This document shows, piece after piece, positions 9,785 to 18,164 of a stretch of DNA of 64,000 nucleotides. Each line of letters starts with the position of its first letter. Positions within the stretch are counted from its first letter, which is position 1. The position numbers and the translations under genes are program-made. Source of the DNA: Deltaproteobacteria bacterium. GTDB lineage: Bacteria > Myxococcota > B64-G9. The stretch is from positions 712 to 64,711 of the forward strand of contig JAFGRB010000138.1 of assembly GCA_016935365.1 (NCBI GenBank). Reading direction: 5' to 3'. The notes beneath the pieces are model-generated. The model had not been told where the DNA came from, searched no databases, and was given only the letters and a program-made list of their open reading frames with translations.

Positions 9785-10636
9785 TCACTCCTCGGCCTGG
9801 ATGCTCACCATGTAGACGTAGCCGTCCACGGCCGCGGCCTTGTAGAGGTCGGTGCGGAAGGTCTCGCCTGTAGCCTGTGCCGTCAGGGTCTGGATGTTGA
9901 ACGGGCCTGGGATGATGTACATGCCGATCGAGGTGGTCGAGATGGCGTCCAGGCCGAAGTTCTCGTCCGGGTAGAAGATCGGATCGATGCCGGTGCCGTC
10001 CGCCAGGGTCACCGTCGCGCCCTCGATCGGCGAGCCCGCGGCGTCCACCACGAAGCCGATGATCAGCCCCTCGGCCGAGTCGATCTGCGGATGGTTGTCG
10101 AGGTTGGTCACCAGCACGGTCGGCACGGCCCAGACCGGCGGGGTCTTTTCGATGCACACCTTGTCGGCCGGGTCGTCGCCGTAGGCGGCCACGCCGGTCA
10201 CGGTCGGGAAGTAGATCGTGCCGGCATCGTCGGCAAGAAGCACCAGGCCCATGGCGGCGCCCGACACGTCGAAGCACTCGAAGGTGAAGGTGCCGACCGC
10301 ATCCGAGGTGGTCTGGGCCAGCGGCACTGCCGTGCCGGTCATGACGCCCAGGCCACTGAGCGCGGTCAGGTCGATCGCGACCGGGTTGAGCTCCAGGTCC
10401 ATCACCGAGCCCGAGACCTCGATGTAGCCTTCCTGGCCCGGACAGCACTCCGTGCTACCCTCGACACAGACGTTGTTCTGGCAGGTCAGACCCGAATTGC
10501 AGCTCCCGTCCTCCTTGCACGCGCAGTCCTTCTCTCCGGGGGTGCACTCCCCGTCGCCGTTGCCGCAGCCGATCGCCAGGGCTAGCAGGCCCGCCGAGAG
10601 CAGTACGCTCAGCGAGATGGTTGCGATCTTCTTCAT
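9785..10636 (-). CDS. Lipoprotein with short Cys-rich N-terminus and carboxypeptidase-regulatory-like region (copy 2)
   Basis: MKK..LALAIGC lipobox; CTPGEKDCACKEDGSCNSGLTCQNNVC; paralog of 7209-8243; AAAGGAG RBS. Confidence 0.88.
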   Translation of the reverse strand: MKKIATISLSVLLSAGLLALAIGCGNGDGECTPGEKDCACKEDGSCNSGLTCQNNVCVEGSTECCPGQEGYIEVSGSVMDLELNPVAIDLTALSGLGVMTGTAVPLAQTTSDAVGTFTFECFDVSGAAMGLVLLADDAGTIYFPTVTGVAAYGDDPADKVCIEKTPPVWAVPTVLVTNLDNHPQIDSAEGLIIGFVVDAAGSPIEGATVTLADGTGIDPIFYPDENFGLDAISTTSIGMYIIPGPFNIQTLTAQATGETFRTDLYKAAAVDGYVYMVSIQAEE

Positions 10637-10739
10637 TTCGGTCTCCTTTCAGTCGCGTTCGATGTCCTCGTCGAATCCAACCAAGAAGCTCGAAGCTCCT
10701 CTCCCCTGCTTCGAGCTCTCTCTTGCCTCGGGACGGAAT

Positions 10740-10769
10740 ACACTAGGCCAGGGGGCTCGGGCCTGTCAA
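10740..10769 (-). promoter_or_regulatory. Sigma70-type promoter of the lipoprotein-FadL cassette
   Basis: Minus strand TTGACA-N18-TAGTGT about 100 nt upstream of the ATG at 10636. Confidence 0.6.
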
Positions 10770-10795
10770 CGAAAAATCGAGAAACGCTTCCGCAG

Positions 10796-13141
10796 TCAGC
10801 TACTTGATGGTTCAATCGCATCGCCTGCCGGCAGCAGCAGCTCGAAGAGTGTGCCAGCCCCCGGCTCGGAGTGGACCTGGATGCGGCCGCCCGCTTCCTC
10901 GACGATGCCGTGGACCGTCGACAGGCCCAGGCCGGTTCCCCCCTCTCCCTCCCGGGTCGTGAAGAAGGGCTCGAAGATGTGCTCGATCGTCTCTGTGGAC
11001 ATGCCCACCCCGGTGTCGGAGATGGTCAGGCGTGCACAGCGACCCAGATCGCAGTCCTCGGCCTGCTCGAGCTGGATGCGCAGCTTGCCGCCCTTGGGCA
11101 TGGCGTCGCGCGCGTTGACGCACAGGTTGACGAGCACCTGCTCCATCTGCTCGCGGTGGCTGAGGATCGGCGGCGTGTCCGGCGCCAGCTCGACCGAGAG
11201 CTGGACCACGGCGCCGAGCAGCCGGCGCAGCATGCTCTCCAGCCCCTCGATCAGATCGACCAGATCGAGCCGGGTTGGTTTGGAGTTCTGCGGGCGGCCG
11301 AAGTCGAGCAGGCGCCGGGTGAGGGCCGCACCGCGCCCGCAGACGCGCTGGATCTCGCCGAGCTGCAAGAGGTCCGCTGGATTCTCCAGCTGGCGTTCGA
11401 GCAGAGCGGTGTAGCCGCTGATGGCGGTCAGCAGGTTGGCGAAGTCGTGGGCCACACCGCCGGCCAGCTCTCCGATGGCTGCCAGGCGCTGCTGCTGTCG
11501 GAGCTGGCGGATCACCTCCCGCTCCTCGGTCACCTCGCGCAGCACCAGGGCCCAGCTTCCCTGGTCGTCGGCCTCGGCATCCTCGCGCCGCGTGGCCGGG
11601 ACCGGGTAGGCGGCCACCACGAAGGTCCGGGCGCGGCCCGCATCGTCTTCCTCCAACGTATACGGCCCCCACGCCGAGCCCCGCTCCAGGTCGAGCCACA
11701 GCCCGCCGAGCTGGACCACCGGCTCGGTCGCGCTGGCGCGCAGCATGGGCAGCATGCGCACAGCCGCCGGATTGGCCAGCGAGCAGTGCCGGTTGGCATC
11801 CAGCAGCGCGAGCCCCTCGGGCAGGTGCTCGACGAGCGCTTTCAGGCTCGCCCGCTCGGCTCGCAGGGCGGCCAGGAGATTGGTCTGTCGCAACCCGATC
11901 GCGAGCTGATCGCCCACCTCGACGGCGATCTTCTCGTGCTGGCTGTCGAAAGCGGACCGCCTCGAGCTGGCCAGATGCAAGGCACCCACGATCTCGCCAC
12001 CCGTTCTCAGCGGGACGGTCAGCAGGCTGCGGATGCCCTGATCATACAGGCGCCGGAGGATCGGGACCTCGAGGTTGGCCCGGAGCGTGAGGTGGCGGGC
12101 AGGCGTGCGGATGCTCGTAATATTCGAGAGCGCCGTGATGGGCAGGTAGGTTCCCTGCTCAGGCTCGATCTCGCAGCTGGGCTCCTGGGAGACCGCCGCG
12201 ACCAGGGCGCGTTTCCGGCTCTCTTCGATCAGCAGCACGACCGCCCGTTCGCAGGAGACGAGCTTGCGGATCCGCTCGATGGCCGCCTGGGCGATCTCCT
12301 CGCTCGATCGGGCCCCGAGGATGGCACGGTCGACTTCCTGCATCAGGTGCAAGCGCTTGGCATACAGCTGCATGGCCTGCTCGGCCCGCTTGCGCTCGGT
12401 GATGTCCTCGACCGAGCCCTCGTAATAGAGGACCTCGCCCGCGGCGTCGCGGACGAGCCGGGCGGACTCCCGCACATACAGCAGCGAGTCGTCGCGCCGG
12501 ATCCAGGCCGACTCCAGCCCGCGGACCTCGCCTTCATCCTCCAGGCGCCTGCGGAACTCGCTTCTGGGGTAGGTGGGGTCGAAGCCCTCGCGGTGCAGCT
12601 CGCCGTCGAGCATCGCGCTCGGCCCGAAGCCGAGCATGCGCAGCAGCGCGGGATTCGCCAGCTGGACTCGGCCCTCGAGCGCAGCGCGGTAGATGCCGAG
12701 AGGTGCGTTTTCGAACAGCGAGCGGAAGCGCTCCTCGCTCTCGGCAAGCGCCTGCACGACACGCTTGCGCTCGCTGATGTCGACCATGTTGACCAGGACG
12801 GCGGGTTCGTCGCGATAGCGCACCGGGGCGGCGCGGACCTCGACCCAGAGGATCTGGCCGTCCTTGCGCACCATGCGGGTCTCGTAGATATCCCGGATAC
12901 GCTGTCCGGCCATCCGCTCGCGGGCCATGGCGCGGATGGTCTCTCTTTCTGCCGGGCAGACCGGCGCCCACGGATCCAGATCGCGAAGCTCGTCGGCCTT
13001 GTAGCCGAGCAGGTCCAGGAAGGTGCTGTTGGCATAGCAGATGCGCTCGGGCGTGACGATGAAGATGGCGGTAAGCGACTCGTCGAGCAGGACGCGCAGC
13101 GCGGACTCGTCAGGCGGAAAAAAGAGGCAGCTGTCCCCCAT
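10796..13141 (-). CDS. Cytoplasmic PAS-PAS-GAF-PAS sensor histidine kinase
   Basis: PAC motifs (RKDGQILWVEV, DISERKR, DITERKRAE), GAF, H-box AHDFANLL, N-box NLCVNARDA, DTGVGM, IFEPFFTT, GTGLGL; start ATG 13141 (MGDSC) with AAGGA RBS; the track's extension to 14089 is spurious. Confidence 0.92.
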   Translation of the reverse strand: MGDSCLFFPPDESALRVLLDESLTAIFIVTPERICYANSTFLDLLGYKADELRDLDPWAPVCPAERETIRAMARERMAGQRIRDIYETRMVRKDGQILWVEVRAAPVRYRDEPAVLVNMVDISERKRVVQALAESEERFRSLFENAPLGIYRAALEGRVQLANPALLRMLGFGPSAMLDGELHREGFDPTYPRSEFRRRLEDEGEVRGLESAWIRRDDSLLYVRESARLVRDAAGEVLYYEGSVEDITERKRAEQAMQLYAKRLHLMQEVDRAILGARSSEEIAQAAIERIRKLVSCERAVVLLIEESRKRALVAAVSQEPSCEIEPEQGTYLPITALSNITSIRTPARHLTLRANLEVPILRRLYDQGIRSLLTVPLRTGGEIVGALHLASSRRSAFDSQHEKIAVEVGDQLAIGLRQTNLLAALRAERASLKALVEHLPEGLALLDANRHCSLANPAAVRMLPMLRASATEPVVQLGGLWLDLERGSAWGPYTLEEDDAGRARTFVVAAYPVPATRREDAEADDQGSWALVLREVTEEREVIRQLRQQQRLAAIGELAGGVAHDFANLLTAISGYTALLERQLENPADLLQLGEIQRVCGRGAALTRRLLDFGRPQNSKPTRLDLVDLIEGLESMLRRLLGAVVQLSVELAPDTPPILSHREQMEQVLVNLCVNARDAMPKGGKLRIQLEQAEDCDLGRCARLTISDTGVGMSTETIEHIFEPFFTTREGEGGTGLGLSTVHGIVEEAGGRIQVHSEPGAGTLFELLLPAGDAIEPSSS

Positions 13142-13255
13142 GGTTTCCTTCCTGGACAGGGCCGGACGCGTTGGAGTGTATACACCTTCCCACGGGCTTG
13201 CAAGCGCTGTGTCCATCTGGCAAGCTGGCGTCTGTGGGACGATTGCGAGGTGGCC

Positions 13256-13699
13256 ATGAGGAAGACCGGCACCGGAAGGCAGCTGCTCTTCACGATCCTG
13301 CTCGCCGTTGCGCTCTCGGCCTTCGCGGCCGGCTGCCCGAAGCGCGACCAGCCGCCGCCGACCGCATACGATCCGGAGCTGCTCGCAGCCGCCCAGCAGG
13401 CGGCGGAGGAGGACGCGGCAGCCCAGAACGATGCCGGACCTTCCTCGAACGCGGCGAAGGCCAAGCCGGAGTGCGATCGGGAGCGGGGCGGCTGCGCCGA
13501 GGGCTTTCTGTGCTGGGACTCCTGGTACTGCAAGCGAGGTCTCGAGGACCAGTGCTCGGCTGCGGGCGACAAGCGCTGCCACAAGCGCTGCGAGACCGAT
13601 GCGGACTGTCCGGCGGACACACCGCGTTGCGTGGAGAAGCCGATATTCAATGGCTCCGAGCGCGGGATACTGGAGAGGTTCTGTGTCTCGGGCGAGTGA
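13256..13699 (+). CDS. Small lipoprotein with a 10-Cys C-terminal domain
   Basis: GAGGT RBS, ATG 13256, signal LLFTILLAVALSAFAAGC; 10 Cys in the last ~75 aa. Confidence 0.8.
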   Translation: MRKTGTGRQLLFTILLAVALSAFAAGCPKRDQPPPTAYDPELLAAAQQAAEEDAAAQNDAGPSSNAAKAKPECDRERGGCAEGFLCWDSWYCKRGLEDQCSAAGDKRCHKRCETDADCPADTPRCVEKPIFNGSERGILERFCVSGE

Positions 13700-15080
13700 G
13701 CCTGCCGTCCTTTCCGATCGCCTGGAAGACCTGCTGGGCCTGGTGATCCCCTGTAGCTGCGGCCGCACGCACGAGGTCGATCTGCGGTCTGTCTCGCTTC
13801 GCGCCGGCGCGATCGACGAGCTGCCCGATCGGCTGCGGGCGCTGTGGGGCTCGGGCCGGCGGCTGCTCGTACTGGCCGACCGCGTCACCCGGCAGGTGGC
13901 GGGCGAGCGGGTCGAGCGCCTGCTCGCCGCCGACGGCCAGCAATCGCGCACCCTGGTCCTGCCGGACGGAGCGGGCGGCAGGCCGCATGCCGACGAGGCC
14001 GGCCTGGAACGCGTGGAGGCCGCCATCGAGCAGGGGGCAGCCGACGGGGTCGTGGCCGTCGGCGCCGGCACGGTCAACGATCTCGCCAAGCTGGCCTCCT
14101 TTCGGCGCGGGCGCCCTTACGCCGTGGTGGCCACCGCACCGTCGATGAACGGATACACCTCGGCGATCGCCGCCGTCATGCGCGATGGGCTCAAGCGGAC
14201 CGTCGACTGCCACCAGCCGGCTTGCGTGATCGGCGATCTGGAGATCCTGGCGCGCGCACCGGCCGAGCTGGTGGCGGCGGGCCTGGGGGATCTCGAGTCC
14301 AAGCCGACCAGCACGGCCGACTTCCGCCTGGCCGGCCGGCTGCGGGGCGAGTATTACTGCCCGCTGCCGGAGCGCGTCGTGCTGCGGGCCGAGGCGCGGG
14401 TGGCCGAGGCGGCCGAGGCGATCGGAGCCGGGGACGAGGCGGCCATCGGCCTGCTCTGCGAGGCCTTGCTGCTCTCGGGTATCTCCATGAAGCTGGCCGG
14501 CTGCTCGGCGCCGGCCTCCGGCGGCGAGCACCTCATCAGCCATTACTGGGACATGTGCGCGGCCGAGCAGGGGCGCGTGGAGGGCTGGCACGGAGCGCAG
14601 GTCGGCGTGGCCACGGTGGTGGCGGCAGCGCTATACGAGCGGCTGGCCGAGATCGATCCGCACGAGATCGATCCCGACGCCGTCGTGGCGGCGCGGCCCG
14701 GCAAGGCGCAGCTCCAGGCGGCCATCCGCGAGCGCCACGGCGTACGCGCGTCCGAGGTCGAGGCGGAGTTTTTCGCAAAGCACCTCGACGATGACGCCCT
14801 GCGCGCCGAGCTCGAATCCTTGCTCGACGGCTGGTCTGCTGTCTGGGACAGCCTGGCGGACGTGCTGCGGACAGCCGCGCGGGTGCGCGCGATCCTGACA
14901 GCCGGCGGGGCACCGGTGACGATGACCGGGCTCGGCCTGACGCCCCGGCACCTGCAGGAGAGCTTTCTGGCCGCGCGCGAGATCCGGGGACGGTTCAGCG
15001 TGCTGGATCTGGCCGGCGATCTGGGCGTGCTCGAAACGGTGGCCGGGGACGTGCTCGCGCGCTCGGGCTGCATGCGCTGA
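13683..15080 (+). CDS. egsA: sn-glycerol-1-phosphate dehydrogenase (AraM/EgsA family)
   Basis: N-terminal CSCGRTH, VGAGTVNDLAK, TAPSMNGYTS, AGLGD, PASGGEHLISH, HGAQVG; GTG 13683 after GGAGAGG. Confidence 0.85.
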   Translation: MSRASEPAVLSDRLEDLLGLVIPCSCGRTHEVDLRSVSLRAGAIDELPDRLRALWGSGRRLLVLADRVTRQVAGERVERLLAADGQQSRTLVLPDGAGGRPHADEAGLERVEAAIEQGAADGVVAVGAGTVNDLAKLASFRRGRPYAVVATAPSMNGYTSAIAAVMRDGLKRTVDCHQPACVIGDLEILARAPAELVAAGLGDLESKPTSTADFRLAGRLRGEYYCPLPERVVLRAEARVAEAAEAIGAGDEAAIGLLCEALLLSGISMKLAGCSAPASGGEHLISHYWDMCAAEQGRVEGWHGAQVGVATVVAAALYERLAEIDPHEIDPDAVVAARPGKAQLQAAIRERHGVRASEVEAEFFAKHLDDDALRAELESLLDGWSAVWDSLADVLRTAARVRAILTAGGAPVTMTGLGLTPRHLQESFLAAREIRGRFSVLDLAGDLGVLETVAGDVLARSGCMR

Positions 15081-15088
15081 GGACGGCG

Positions 15089-15757
15089 ATGCAGGAGCCA
15101 GGCCTCGTCCAGTCGGTGCTCGACTTCGTGGCGGCGCATCACGGCGATCTCGGCTTGCTGGTCATCTTTGGATCCTCGCTCATCGAGTACGTCTTCCCGC
15201 CCTTTCCCGGCGACGTGATCACCCTGTTCGGGACCTACCTCGTGGTCAAGGGCCTGTGGAGCTTTCCATTCGCGCTCGGCGTGACCACGGCCGGCTCGCT
15301 GGTGGGGGCGGGCCTGGACTACGGACTGGGGATCTGGATCGGACGGCGGCTCGATCGCCTGCCTTCCGAGCGGGAGGTGAAGCGCTGGACTCCGCTGACG
15401 CGCGAGAAGTACACACGGATCGTGGCGGGCTTCCGAAAGCACGGGGTGGCCTACATCGCCATCAACCGCTTCCTGCCGGGCATCCGGGCTTTCTTCTTCG
15501 TGGCGGCGGGCGCTGCGCGCATGCGCTTCTCCCTGGTCATGCTCTTCGCGGCCCTGTCGGCGGTGGTCTGGAACGGCCTGCTGCTCGGTGTGGGCTACAG
15601 CGTGGGCGCCAACTGGGAGCGCTTGCGATCCCTGTTCACCTCGTATACGACTGTGGTCTGGGCCTTGCTCGGCGCGGGCTGCCTGGCCGCCCTCGGGCTG
15701 TGGCTTGTCCGCCGGCGGCGCGCATCGGGCGATGGGCCTCGCGGGCGGGAGGGGTGA
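15089..15757 (+). CDS. DedA family membrane protein
   Basis: IEYVFPPFPGD, GSLVGA..Y.LG, NRFLPGIR..FVAAG motifs and hydrophobic segments. Confidence 0.92.
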   Translation: MQEPGLVQSVLDFVAAHHGDLGLLVIFGSSLIEYVFPPFPGDVITLFGTYLVVKGLWSFPFALGVTTAGSLVGAGLDYGLGIWIGRRLDRLPSEREVKRWTPLTREKYTRIVAGFRKHGVAYIAINRFLPGIRAFFFVAAGAARMRFSLVMLFAALSAVVWNGLLLGVGYSVGANWERLRSLFTSYTTVVWALLGAGCLAALGLWLVRRRRASGDGPRGREG

Positions 15758-16467
15758 TCGCAGTGAAATCCGGACCGGGCGACCAGGCTGGGCAGCGGGC
15801 AGCGTTCTTCGCCAACGTGGGGCACGACCTCAAGACACCGCTGAACGGGATCATCGGTTTCGCCAGCGTGCTGCTCGCGGATCTGGCCGGTGATCCGGAG
15901 CGCGTCAGGCAGGTCCGGATGATCTACACGAGCGCCCAGAAGCTGCTCGCGCGCATCGAGGCCTTCCTGGACTACACGCGGCTCGAGGCGGGCCAGCTCC
16001 AACTGCGGCCCGAATGGATCTTGCCGGGTGATTTCCTGCGCCAGCTCGCGGAGCCCTTGCGGCCCGAGGCCGAGCAGTCCGGCATGCGGATCGAGGTCAG
16101 GTCGCAGCAAGCGCCGTCGCGCATCCGCACCGACGCACGCCTGCTCGGCCGGGTGCTGGGCGAGCTGCTGACGAATGCGGTCCGCTATGGCCAGCAGGGT
16201 CGTATCGAGGCGAGCGTGCGTGCGTTGCCCCAGTGCGTGGTCGGCTTCGAGCTACGGGACGAGGGCATCGGGATGGCGGCCGAGGCGCTCGGGCGCCTGC
16301 GCGAGAGCCTGTCCGGCACGGGCTTCGAGGGCCTGGGCCTGGGCCTGGCGATCGCCCGACAGGCCGCCGGTGCGCTGGGCGGACGCGTCGAGGTGGACTC
16401 GGAGCCCGGCAGGGGCTGTGTCTTCCAGCTCGTCTTGCAGCTCGCTCGAGGCGACATCGAGCCCTGA
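15754..16467 (+). CDS. Histidine kinase core (HisKA + HATPase) without sensor domain
   Basis: GHDLKTPLNGIIGF, ELLTNAVRY, DEGIGM, GLGLGLAIAR, DSEPGRG; GTG overlaps the DedA stop (alternative GTG at 15763). Confidence 0.88.
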   Translation: MIAVKSGPGDQAGQRAAFFANVGHDLKTPLNGIIGFASVLLADLAGDPERVRQVRMIYTSAQKLLARIEAFLDYTRLEAGQLQLRPEWILPGDFLRQLAEPLRPEAEQSGMRIEVRSQQAPSRIRTDARLLGRVLGELLTNAVRYGQQGRIEASVRALPQCVVGFELRDEGIGMAAEALGRLRESLSGTGFEGLGLGLAIARQAAGALGGRVEVDSEPGRGCVFQLVLQLARGDIEP

Positions 16468-16638
16468 CGCGGCAGGCGCCTGCGCGGACCGCGAAAGGGG
16501 TTCCCCGGCCGGGGCCGGCAAGAAGACGGCCGGCTTTGATGCAATGCGTTGTTTCGTGGTGGGAAATTCGGAGCGTCATCCGGGCAGCCAACCTTGGTAT
16601 CCCGCTTGCAGGACCGGTGGGCAAAGGAGGCCGAAAAG

Positions 16639-17397
16639 GTGAAAAAGACGGCGAACCTCCTGCTCATCCTGCCCAACCTCTTCACGGTCTCGAGCATCTT
16701 CTGCGGCCTGTACGCCATCGTCGAGGCGGCCGGCGGCGGGTTCTACCGGGCAGCCGTGGCCATCCTCTTCGCAGCCGTCTTCGATGCGGCCGACGGCCGG
16801 GTGGCTCGGCTGACACGAACCCAGAGCCAGTTCGGTCTCCAGCTCGACTCGCTGGCGGACGTGATCTCCTTCGGGGTCGCACCGGCCATGCTGGCGTACT
16901 TCTGGGCGCTCTCGCCTCTAGGCTGGCTGGGGCTGGCCGGTGCCTGCGCGTATGCGATCTGCGGCGCGCTTCGCCTGGCGCGCTTCAACGTGTTGAGCGC
17001 ATCCGGCAGCCTGCCGCCAAAGCACTTCCTGGGCCTGCCCATTCCGATCGCGGCCGCGTCCGTCGTCTCGCTGGTGCTCGCCGTGCGCTCGGGCGAGCTG
17101 GGCATGCTCAAGCCCGGCGTCGTGCTCGGTATGCTGCTCTTGCTGGCGCTGCTGATGGTCAGCAACGTGCGCTACCGGACCTTCAAGAAGCTCAAGGCCA
17201 CCCGCCGATCCATGGGCGTCGTGCTCGCGCTCGCGGTCATGGTCCTGGTGGCCGCCTGGAAGACCAGCTTCAGCCTGATCCTGGCCGTGATCGTCAACGG
17301 CTTCGTGATCGACGGCCTGGTCGAGGAAGGCGTGCGGCTCGTGGGTCGCAAGCGGGTGCGCCGCGAGGATGCAGAGGAGCAGGAGCGACTCGGCTGA
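16639..17397 (+). CDS. pssA: CDP-diacylglycerol--serine O-phosphatidyltransferase
   Basis: LPNLFT, CDP-alcohol motif DAADGRVARLTRTQSQFGLQLDSLAD.ISFG.APA, LRLARFN, FLGLPIP, LMVS; GTG 16639 after AAGGAGG. Confidence 0.93.
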   Translation: MKKTANLLLILPNLFTVSSIFCGLYAIVEAAGGGFYRAAVAILFAAVFDAADGRVARLTRTQSQFGLQLDSLADVISFGVAPAMLAYFWALSPLGWLGLAGACAYAICGALRLARFNVLSASGSLPPKHFLGLPIPIAAASVVSLVLAVRSGELGMLKPGVVLGMLLLLALLMVSNVRYRTFKKLKATRRSMGVVLALAVMVLVAAWKTSFSLILAVIVNGFVIDGLVEEGVRLVGRKRVRREDAEEQERLG

Positions 17398-17404
17398 GCG
17401 GCGC

Positions 17405-18148
17405 TCAGCGGCAGTCCGGGCAGCGGTCGAAGTGGCTCCGCTCGACCCCGATCTTGTCGGCGAAGTGCATGATCTGGAAGGTGGGGGCGAAGGGCCGCCC
17501 GCAGGCGGCGCACTTCTGCATCGGCAGGTCGCGGTGCCACTTGAGGATCCGGCGCATCTGCTCGGTCTCCTCGATGCCGATGCAGCTCGTCGGGCAGACG
17601 AAGACGCAGGCGCCGCAGCCGATGCAGGCCTCGGCCACGTCGTCATACGGGCTCTCCATGCGCTTGTGGAGCCCCCGGCCGGCGAAGGCGATGGCGTGGG
17701 CGCCGACCACCTCGTTGCAGACCCGGTTGCACAGACCGCACAGGATGCAGGCGTTGTCTGCGTGCTCCTCGTCGGTGACGAAAGGCGTGTCCTCCACGCC
17801 GTACTCGGCGGCCAGGCTGCGCAGCTCTTCCGCTTCGGGTGCCATGGCCAGCAGCAGCTGCAGGATCGTCCGGCGGTGCCGGACGACTCGATCGGTGTCC
17901 AGGAAGACCTCGATGCCTTCCTGGAGCGGGTAGTTGCACGAGGTGGTGAGCTTCTGGCGGCGGCCTCTCTTCACCTCGACCAGGCACAGCCGGCAGGCGC
18001 CGTACGGGCTGACCGCCTCGTGATAGCACAGAGAGGGGACCTCGTAGCCGTGTCTTCGGATGGCCGCCAGCAGGCTCTCGCCGCGGGTGCCCTCGTGGCT
18101 GCGGCCGTTGATCTGGAAGCGGACCGTTTTGTCGTCGGGCGGTTCCAT
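17405..18148 (-). CDS. Fe-S protein, NuoG/HydA N-terminal-like (BfuA/BamI-like), no catalytic domain
   Basis: [2Fe-2S] PSLC..GACRLCLVE..TSC; CILCGLCNRVC; CIGCGACVFVCP; C-terminal CAAC..CPDC; only 247 aa. Confidence 0.88.
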   Translation of the reverse strand: MEPPDDKTVRFQINGRSHEGTRGESLLAAIRRHGYEVPSLCYHEAVSPYGACRLCLVEVKRGRRQKLTTSCNYPLQEGIEVFLDTDRVVRHRRTILQLLLAMAPEAEELRSLAAEYGVEDTPFVTDEEHADNACILCGLCNRVCNEVVGAHAIAFAGRGLHKRMESPYDDVAEACIGCGACVFVCPTSCIGIEETEQMRRILKWHRDLPMQKCAACGRPFAPTFQIMHFADKIGVERSHFDRCPDCR

Positions 18149-18164
18149 CGGCTGCTCCTGTGGG

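Noticed and set aside
10871-14089. Long extensions in the ORF track (942-aa plus ORF, 1097-aa kinase, 590-aa G1PDH)
   Set aside because: RBS and domain boundaries place real starts at 13141 (-), 13256 (+) and 13683 (+); the extensions overlap other genes
16468-16638. Riboswitch or ncRNA upstream of pssA
   Set aside because: Only short GC palindromes; no recognisable aptamer consensus
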